Shown: positions 50,962 to 64,000 of the stretch, one piece after another
Layout: every line of letters starts with the position of its first letter
How positions within the stretch are numbered: the stretch's first letter is position 1
From: Octopus sinensis
Lineage: Eukaryota
NCBI RefSeq assembly: GCF_006345805.1
Contig: NC_043009.1
Coordinates: forward strand, 24,180,001-24,244,000
Reading direction: 5' to 3'
Length of the DNA stretch: 64,000 bases
Notes under the pieces: model-generated
The model's database searches: none
Told to the model about the DNA's origin: nothing
What the model saw: the letters and a program-made list of their open reading frames with translations, nothing else
Made by a program: the position numbers and the translations under genes

Positions 50962-52491
50962 ATGGACATCCTCCTGAAACCCTTCCTTAAACATATCGAT
51001 AGTCATATCAGAGATGACTTGGATATGTTAAACCACCTTCCAAAAAAAGTAAAGGAAGAAACAATCATGGTTTCATTTGATGTAGTTAATTCATATACCA
51101 GCATACCTAATAATTATGGACTAGAGGCAATACAGTTCTGGCTGGACCAATTTCCGGAAGAAATACAAAAAAGGATCAGTAAAGAATTCATTACTAAATC
51201 GGTTGAATTCATCCTACATAATAACGACTTCATGTTTGACAATACATTTTACCGTCAAAAATCCGGAATTGCTATGGGTACAAGGGCAGCACCAGTCATT
51301 GCGAACCTAACAATGGGCTACCTGGAAATAATTGTTTACCAGGAATCTTTATCGACCTTTGGAAACCCCCTCTCTCAATACATAAAAGAGAATTGGAAAC
51401 GATTCCTGGACGATTGTTTTATACTCTGGAATGAAAACACAGATAAACTCCTAAAATTCAAAAACCTATTGAACAGCATCAACCCAAATATACAGTTCAC
51501 AATGGAATACAACCAAAAGGAGCTTCCATTGTTAGATATACTAATTAAAAAAATTAACCTTAAAATAGAAACAGACATTTTTTACAAAGCCACAGACGCT
51601 AAACAATACCTACTTTTTGATTCATGCCACCCAAGACACACTAAAACAAACATCCCTTTCAACCTTGCAAGAAGGATATGCACAATAGTGTCAGAACAAA
51701 ATACCAGGAACTTTAGACTACAAGAACTCAAAAACACCCTAATTGACAATCACTACCCAGCTCAACTCATAGAGGATGGGATCAGACGTGCAACAGAAAT
51801 CGACATAGAAACTTTGAGAAAAGTTCAACACAACAACACACCTTCCCCGAAAATACTGCCTTACATATCCACATACAACCCCAGAAACAAAGAAGCCTTC
51901 ACCATCATCACCCAGAATTTACCAATACTTCATAAGGACCCCAAATTAAAGGAAATTCTAAACATACATAAAATCATTAAAAGCTACAAACAACCTAAAT
52001 CACTTAAAAAGATTCTCACAAAGGCAAAATTGTTTTCTGAAATTACGGATGCAAAAGTAAAAAAATGTGGTAGACCAAACTGCGCAACATGCCCAAACCT
52101 TCTAGAAGGATCAGAATTCCTCTTCAAAGAGGGACAAAAATTCAAGATCAAATCTAATTTTACTTGTGCTTCTGAAAACATAATTTATGTCATAAGATGC
52201 TCGGGCTGCCACCAAAACTACGTGGGGTCCACGGGACTATCACTCAGACGTAGATGCACACTGCATCGACAACAGATTGCATTCCCAGAATACAGAATGA
52301 TACCCTTTAGTGAGCATATTGAGAAATGCGCAAAGCAACTACTACCGCAATTTTTAATCGTTCCATTTTATCAATGTGCTATTGGAACACCAACACAAAT
52401 TAGACTAAACAAGGAAACATTCTTCATTGAAAAATATAAGCCCAAACTTAGCCACTTTAACATTCTTATACAGAGAAACTCACCCCATTAA
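50962..52491 (+). CDS. PLE reverse transcriptase + GIY-YIG endonuclease, uninterrupted 509-aa C-terminal segment of a broken ORF
   Basis: ORF track; RT and GIY-YIG motifs as above. Confidence 0.85.
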   Translation: MDILLKPFLKHIDSHIRDDLDMLNHLPKKVKEETIMVSFDVVNSYTSIPNNYGLEAIQFWLDQFPEEIQKRISKEFITKSVEFILHNNDFMFDNTFYRQKSGIAMGTRAAPVIANLTMGYLEIIVYQESLSTFGNPLSQYIKENWKRFLDDCFILWNENTDKLLKFKNLLNSINPNIQFTMEYNQKELPLLDILIKKINLKIETDIFYKATDAKQYLLFDSCHPRHTKTNIPFNLARRICTIVSEQNTRNFRLQELKNTLIDNHYPAQLIEDGIRRATEIDIETLRKVQHNNTPSPKILPYISTYNPRNKEAFTIITQNLPILHKDPKLKEILNIHKIIKSYKQPKSLKKILTKAKLFSEITDAKVKKCGRPNCATCPNLLEGSEFLFKEGQKFKIKSNFTCASENIIYVIRCSGCHQNYVGSTGLSLRRRCTLHRQQIAFPEYRMIPFSEHIEKCAKQLLPQFLIVPFYQCAIGTPTQIRLNKETFFIEKYKPKLSHFNILIQRNSPH

Positions 52492-52606
52492 ATAAAAGGG
52501 ACAAGAAATATAAAGCGATTATCTCCCTTACACCGGAAGAAATCACTTATTACCTCCCCTTACCTGGAACTCTCCTTTACACTTCATAACGAAGACATAC
52601 CACGAT

Positions 52607-52657
52607 GTTTTGAGAAATTTGAAAAGTTAACACGAAACTGGTAATTTCTTCAAAAAC
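52607..52657 (+). ncRNA. Minimal type-I hammerhead motif, U3-A8 core variant, in the PLE 3' end
   Basis: GTTTTGAGAAAT-TTGAAAA-GT TAAC AC-GAAAC-TG-GTA-ATTTCTTCAAAAAC. Confidence 0.7.
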
Positions 52658-53279
52658 TATGTCACTGTATGAAAAAATTTTATAACATTCTTCTGACATA
52701 ATGACTCAGATATATCTTTTAACCTTTTAAAACAAGCCTTCTGTAGTTTTTTCACTTTTTACTATTTTCTATATATTCAACCACGTGCTTTCACACACCA
52801 ACTTTCTCACCTATATATATATTTAATGCAAATTCCGTTAGGAACGTAGCAGAGTACCAAATAGAGTAGAACTGAATAGCACCTGGCGAAATACAACTGG
52901 ATCCCATTATACAGGTAAACCGTTGCATAATCAAATTCCTGTATATATGAAGAACTTATGTTGTATGGAAACATATGTAGTGATTAAACACGATTGTCTT
53001 CAACTCAATTTATCTCTGCTAAATTCATTTAGATGGTATTGGTCAGTCTAAGTCCAATGTAGAAAGCAATTGTCTGAAGTATCACGTAGTTGGATCGAAC
53101 TGGAAACCATGTAGTTGCAAAGAGACCACACAATCATGTCTACACGTATAAGACTTACCGTCAGCGCAGGGGTAGATGCCCGCATCTTTAGCACGGGTTC
53201 TATAGAAGCTTGCACTTACGCGTTTGCGCATTTGTGTAAGTGAATAAGATAGAAATACTTAGAGAGAGATTAAGCCAGA

Positions 53280-54360
53280 GAGAGAAAGTGTGTGTGTTTC
53301 TATGTGTTTGTGTGTATGTGTGTATATGTGTACATGTGTTTGTGCGTGTGTGTGCATGCGTGAGTGCGTGTTTGTGTGCGTGCGTGCATGCGTGTGAGTG
53401 TGTGTGTGTGTTGGTATGTATGTGTGCGTGCGTGCGTGTGTATGTATGTGTGTGTCTGCGTGTGTGTGTATGTATATGTGCATGCGCGCGCGTATGTGTG
53501 TGTGCTTGTGTGCATGTGTGCGTGCGTGTATGTGTGTGCGCGTGCGTTTGTATGTGACTGTGCATGCGTGCATGTATATGTGTGTGTGCGTGCGTCGTGA
53601 GTGTGCGTGCGTGTGTATGTATACGTGCGTGTGCGTGCATGTGTGTGTGTGTGCGCGTGTATGTGTGCGTGTGTTTGTGTGCGAGCGTTTATGCGTATGT
53701 GTGTGTGTGCGCTTGCGTTTGAATGTGTGTGTGTGCGTGCGTGAGTGTGTATGTGTGTGCGTGCGTGTGTGTGTATGTGCATGTGTATGCGTGTGTGTGT
53801 ATGTGCACATGTGTGGGCGCGCGCGCGCGCGTGTGTATGAGTTAGTAATAATGTGTAAATATGCATGTGTGGTATTCGGTTGTGATTCTTCCTTCTCTGC
53901 GTGTTCAGACCATTTTTATCTTCCGGCAAATATCATTATGGGATTTACAAACAAGTGTAAAATGGTCGTTTGTCTCTTACAATTTACTTATCCCAACATA
54001 ACCTTTTCCTATCCTCCTCTCCATCCCTCCTCCTACCTCCTCTTCCTTCTCCTCATTCTTCTTCTTCTTCTTCTTCTTCTTCTTCTTCTTCTTCTTCTTC
54101 TTCTTCTTCTTCTTCTGCTTCTTCTTCTTCTTCTTTTTCTTCTTCTTCTTCTTCTTTTTCTTCTCCTTTTTTTCCTTTTCTCCTATCTTTGCTTCCTTTT
54201 CTCATCCTCGTGTATTTTCCGTTCTTGTTTCTTTCTTTCTTTCCTTCTTTCTTTCTTTCGTTCTTTCTTTCTTTCGTTCTTTCTTTCTTTCTTTCTTCCT
54301 CTCTTTCTCTCTCTATTTCTTTCTTTCCCTCTTTTTCTCTGTCTCCCTTTCTTCGCTAAT
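53280..54360. repeat. Long alternating purine-pyrimidine tract (53280-53840) and polypyrimidine (CTT)n/(CTTT)n tract (54000-54360)
   Basis: Direct inspection. Confidence 0.9.
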
Positions 54361-54990
54361 ACAGCTTCTTTTTTTCCCCTCTTTCTACGCATTCATTCGT
54401 TTTTGCTGTTTTCATTATTTGTCGTGTTCAATTTATTTATTTCATGTCTATTTATTTATATTTATATGTTTATATTATTACCTGAATTGGCAGCTACAAA
54501 AGAAAATCGTGTCAATATTTACTTACGAAGACCAACAACAATAAAAGAAACAAACAAAGGGAAAATATGAAAGGCAAAAAAAAAATAAAAATTAAAAGAA
54601 CCCAAACAACATAACTCTCTGCTACAATATACTCTCAACGTAATTCTGCTTAACGCAAATTCGCGATCACAGCGAATAGGGTTTATTCCATTAGCAACAA
54701 TCTCTGCTAGCTATCAAATGCTAACCACGACTGAAAATTTGCGGGCGTCATCAAATTGGTCTTGTTTATTGTATGATTTCGATGACCTTTCTTCTTAGGA
54801 AACGCGCCATCATCTAAGCAACCAACAGGCCAACCAGCCAGCTTTTTCAGCCAACCAGTCAGCCAGCCCGCCAAATAGAAGCCGTCAGCCAGCCAGCCCG
54901 CCAGACAATTACTTCCATTTTCCCTTGTCACCGTAATTGTTTCTCATCCTCTTCCCTGAAGCTTTCTTATAAAGTCACGTTTATATATAT

Positions 54991-55090
54991 NNNNNNNNNN
55001 NNNNNNNNNNNNNNNNNNNNNNNNNNNNNNNNNNNNNNNNNNNNNNNNNNNNNNNNNNNNNNNNNNNNNNNNNNNNNNNNNNNNNNNNNN
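54991..55090. other. Assembly gap (100 N)
   Basis: Run of N. Confidence 1.
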
Positions 55091-55470
55091 TCCAATTTTA
55101 TAGTAAAATATTATAAAATATTATTAGAGACAAAACCACTATTTTGCAAAACAAACAAGGAAAGACTTAATCAATACATAAAATTTTAATAAATGGTCAT
55201 TGAAATGACAGCCCAATTTTCCTTAATCAACCAGCTTAAAGAATCATATTTGTTCCTGTGTTTGTTTGTTTATTGGGTTAGCCTGCGCCTCCCGTCTCCA
55301 ACGAAATATATTTGCTGTAACATCAGATGGGATCAGATTCGATGCGATTAGCAAAAATCTAATAAATTCTTTTTTTTGACTATTTATTAAAATTTTATGT
55401 ATGATTAAGTCTTTCCTTGTTTGTTTTGCAAAAATAGTGGTTTTGTCTTAATATATTTATATAATATTAT
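55091..55470. mobile_element. Family P3 inverted arms enclosing ~185 bp of unrelated sequence
   Basis: Arms match 29070-29180 and 29345-29420. Confidence 0.75.
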
Positions 55471-55474
55471 ATAT

Positions 55475-55521
<47 letters not shown>

Positions 55522-55619
55522 TATATATACACATACACACACACAAACGCAACACGTATACACACTCTCACACTCATGGACACGCGCATATATGTACGCC
55601 CTCCACTTATTCTTCTCTT

Positions 55620-56315
55620 CTTGTTTCATTCAATGTAGTGCGGCCATGCTGCCTTTAGTCGAGCAAATCGACCCCAGGACTTATTCTCTGTAAGCCTGGT
55701 ACTTATTCTATTGGTCTCTTCTGCCGAACCTGCTATGATACGGTCACGTAAACATACCAACATCGGTTGTGAAGTGATGGTGGGGGGACAAACACAGATA
55801 CACACACAAATATATGCATATATATATATATAAATATTTATACATATATATACAGGACGCTGTGGGACTGAAGCTGGAACCATGTAGTTGGGAAGCAAGC
55901 TTCTTACCACACACCCACTCCTGCGCCTATACATGTACGAGTGTATGAGTATAGAGATATATTTAATTTAAATACATACATGCTGTGTGGTAAGAAGCTT
56001 GCTTGCCAACCACATGGTTCCGGTTGCAGTCTCAATGCGCGGCACCTTGGGTAAGTGTCTTCTACAATAGCCTCGGGCCAAGAAAATACTTGTGAGTAGA
56101 TTTAGTAGACCGAATGTAATATATTTGTGTGTGTGTGTGTGTCTGTGTTCGTCCCCCACTCCCACCATCGCTTGACAACCGATGTTAGTGTGTTTCCGCA
56201 AAAAGAAAACTCACCATGGCTTGACAACCGATGTTAGCGGTTCGGCAAAAGAGACCGATAGAATAAGTACTAGGCTTACAACGAATAAGTCCAGGGGTCG
56301 ATATGTTCGACTAAA
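55620..56315. mobile_element. Two divergently oriented SINE family B copies (55620-55925 -, 55980-56315 +)
   Basis: Family motifs. Confidence 0.75.
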
Positions 56316-56357
56316 TGTGTGCACATGTATATGCATGAGAGTGTATTTATTACATGT

Positions 56358-56388
<31 letters not shown>

Positions 56389-56422
56389 ATATATGTGTGT
56401 GTTTGTGTGTGTGTGTGTGAGC

Positions 56423-57302
56423 GTACAAGGGGGTACTCAAAAGAAACCGGAGTTTTGCAACATTTACATTTCTACACTTTTATTGCCGCTTTCAAAGTAT
56501 TCTCCATTTGAAACAATGCCTCGGTCCAGGCGCGTTTTCAACTAATCGAAGCAGTGCTGGAACTCCTGCGAAGTGATGGCTTTTTAACGCCTCCGTCTTT
56601 TTGTATTTCACCCCTTCCTAATCGGTAAATTCCATAGCACCAACTTTTGTCACCAGTAATGACCTTCGAAGAAAGGTCCAGATCAACTCCCAACTGTTCC
56701 TTCAGTTCACGACACGCATTCAATCGTGAGTGCTTTTGATTTTCTGTGAGCAGCGAGGCACACATTTTGTTGCAACTCTTATCAATCGAATTCCTCACTC
56801 CAAATTTCATGGCACGAGCTCCATGACACACCAGTCATATCAACAAGATTGCCAATTGTTCGGTGACGTTACTCCAAGATCATTTCCTGAGTTTTCATGA
56901 TGTTTTCATTCGTTCGGAAGGTCAACCGTCGTCCTGAACAAGATTGGTCTACAAGCGAAAATCGATCAATCCTAAAGCGGGGCAACTACCCATAATCCTG
57001 TCTTTTGCTCATGGTAGCTTCCTTGTAAGCTGTTTGAAGCATGACAACTGCTTCGGCCACCGATTTCCGCAGCAGAAACAGAATTTCACGGAAGTACCCT
57101 GTTCCCTCGTTTCAGCCATCAGAAAATTCGACGAACAGGGGAGATGCAGTGCAAAACAAAGACGCATCACGTGGCAGTGCGACTCTAGTCGACGATGCCT
57201 GTCAGCAGACTGATGCCTGAGGGTCGCATCAAATGGCTACTAGCTTAAACTACAAAGGGCCTGTCCCACCGAGCGTTTCTGGTTACTTTTGGGTACCTCT
57301 TC
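56423..57302 (-). mobile_element. Internally deleted mariner transposon
   Basis: LLTENQKHSRLNACREL...VITGDKSWCYG jumps to the C-terminal AITSQEFQHCF...SNGEYFE; imperfect TIRs G(G/A)GGTAC(T/C)CAAAAG(A/T)AACC. Confidence 0.8.
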
Positions 57303-57333
57303 ATTTCTGTGTATATATATATATATATATATA

Positions 57334-57393
<60 letters not shown>

Positions 57394-57398
<5 letters not shown>

Positions 57399-57818
57399 TT
57401 TAAAAAATATGGTAAAGTAAAATAATTACTTTACCACATACCGAGCTTTTTAGAAATAGCAGCCAAAAATTTGGCTATTTTTCTACTGCAAGAAAAATCT
57501 CCAGACAATGCATACTCAGAAATAACTCACATAGGTATAAGGGAAAATCAACGAAAGTCACATCCATATGAGACACCCGAGGACAAGCCTGTTTCTGTAT
57601 TTGTTGGCCAGAAACAGGCTTGTCCTCGGGTGATCTCATATGGATGTGATCTTTCGTTGATTTTCCCTTATACCTATGTGAGTTATTTCTGAGTATGCAT
57701 TGTCTGGAAGATTTTTCTTGCAGTAGAAGAAATAGCCAAATTTTTGGCTGCTATTTCTAAAAAGCTCGGTATGTGGTAAAGTAAATTATTTTACTTTACC
57801 ATATTTTTATAAAGTATA
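57394..57818. mobile_element. ~205-bp-arm palindrome with 11-nt spacer in (TA)n, family P5
   Basis: 57394-57597 mirrors 57609-57818 with a few indels. Confidence 0.88.
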
Positions 57819-58302
57819 TATATATATATATTTAATTTATTTAAATTTATTTTTCTTGAGAACACATTCTTCGTGGTAATGACGATTTGACGTCTATGCT
57901 TAGCATATAGGGCGTCCACATTAGTGGAAATTCCTCTAAACTTTGTATGTATATATATATATATCTTACACACGCACACACACACATATATTAAATATAT
58001 GTCTCTTCAGTCACTTTTGTGTAATTTATACAAATTTCCAAGGTCAGACGGCGAAGCAGCTGCATGTAGGTTAGAACAATTAGATGCTTATTGATGATGC
58101 TTATTGAGGTCAAAACAGATGTAACTACTCTCCTCACACCTTCAGACAAGAAGTTATCTATTTTCCTGCATGTGGTATTAACATTAGACAATTGTTGATT
58201 CCTGATAATCTCACATTTTTGATAATCTCATTATCATTGACAACTGATGTTGGTGTTTTCCTGTCCAGGTAATCTACTGATGCGGCTAAATACTGATAGA
58301 AA

Positions 58303-58540
58303 AGGCGACGAGCTAGCAGAAACGTTAGCACGCCGGGCGAAATGCTTAGCGGGATTTCGTCTGCCGTTACGTTCTGAGATCATATTCCGCCGAGGTCGAC
58401 TTTGCCTTTCATCCTTCCGGGATCAATTAAATAAGTACCAGTTACGCTCTGGGGTCGATGTCACTGACTTAATCCCTTTGTCTGTCCTTGTTTGTCCGCT
58501 CTATGTTTAGCCCCCTTGTGGACAATAAAGAAATAAAGAA
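58303..58540 (+). mobile_element. SINE family A inserted in a SINE B tail remnant
   Basis: GGCGACGAGCTAGCAGAAACGTTAGCACGCCGGGCG; B tail pieces at 58230-58300 and 58545-58610. Confidence 0.8.
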
Positions 58541-59129
58541 AAATCCAAGAAAAAACACTTCAAGTCAGTACCCCAGCATGTCCACAGGTCAATGACTGTT
58601 AGAAGAAGAAGATTAATATTAAAATATGTGAAGCAGGACGAATTTTGAATAGCAACCATTGGTGATGAAACAACGAGGTTGATTAGAGAGCTGACTGTGT
58701 GATTGTATGGTTGGATATCAGGTTTTGTGTGATAGAAGGGAATAGAACAAGCGAATGAAGGAATGAAGAAATGACGGAATGAAAGAATAAAATGAATGAA
58801 ATAAACGAGAGGGAAAACAGCAACAACAACAACAACAGCAAAAAATTCCAACAAAAAGTTAGAACAACAGCAACAATTGTTAGGTTGGAAAATAGGAAGG
58901 TAAAATAAATTTAGTAGTAATATCATATCGAAGTGACAGAAGATAAAATATTATATTGGTAGTGAATTCGCTATCAGAACACAACAGAACAACAAAATAA
59001 CAATGGAAGAACAAAACAAAAACGAAACAAAAAACAAAACAAAACAAAGCAGAGCAGAAAACATTAAAAAAACAAACAACGCCCGGATTTTTGTTCCACT
59101 CAACTCCCTTGTGCCTTTAATAGAAAGTA

Positions 59130-64000
<4,871 letters not shown>

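Larger units (their letters stand above)
49950..52812 (+). mobile_element. Penelope-like retroelement (Neptune-like: Cys-rich linker, C-terminal GIY-YIG), 5'-truncated, frameshifted, (TA)n at both ends
   Basis: LSKGLKFTPTP, KEADKGSAVVIMD, FYGLPKIHK, LRPIVA, VSFDVVNSYTSIP, GIAMGTRAAP, RFLDDCF, CGRPNCATC, IYVIRCSGCHQNYVGST. Confidence 0.92.

Overview
Eukaryotic, very AT-rich, repeat-dominated DNA, most likely an octopus (coleoid cephalopod) intergenic or intronic region. That assignment is inferred from the SINE families and the dense (AT)n/(AAT)n/(ATCT)n/(CA)n microsatellites. I recognise no host protein-coding exon, and almost all listed ORFs are microsatellite artefacts. The real coding remnants are all transposon-derived: R4/Dong-type RLE LINE 3' fragments stacked in (TAA)n tracts, CR1/L2-group LINE 3' fragments, two decayed mariner elements, and three Penelope-like element (PLE; RT + GIY-YIG) remnants. 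At least four tRNA-derived SINE families, two Helentron-like non-autonomous elements and one 100-N gap are also present. The main result is a set of small, often palindromic elements sitting in (TA)n tracts. Each carries a minimal type-I hammerhead ribozyme motif (half motif only at 57.6 kb) about 90-210 nt upstream of the (TA)n end, the same architecture as the 3' end of the PLE at 50-52.8 kb. Three Watson-Crick versions of the catalytic-core 3-8 pair occur in this one window: C3-G8 (16.5, 29.3, 43.2 kb), G3-C8 (4.4, 35.0, 37.1 kb) and U3-A8 (52.6 kb), plus a decayed possible U6 variant (34.2 kb). All folds were parsed by eye, none is experimentally tested, and repeat boundaries are approximate.
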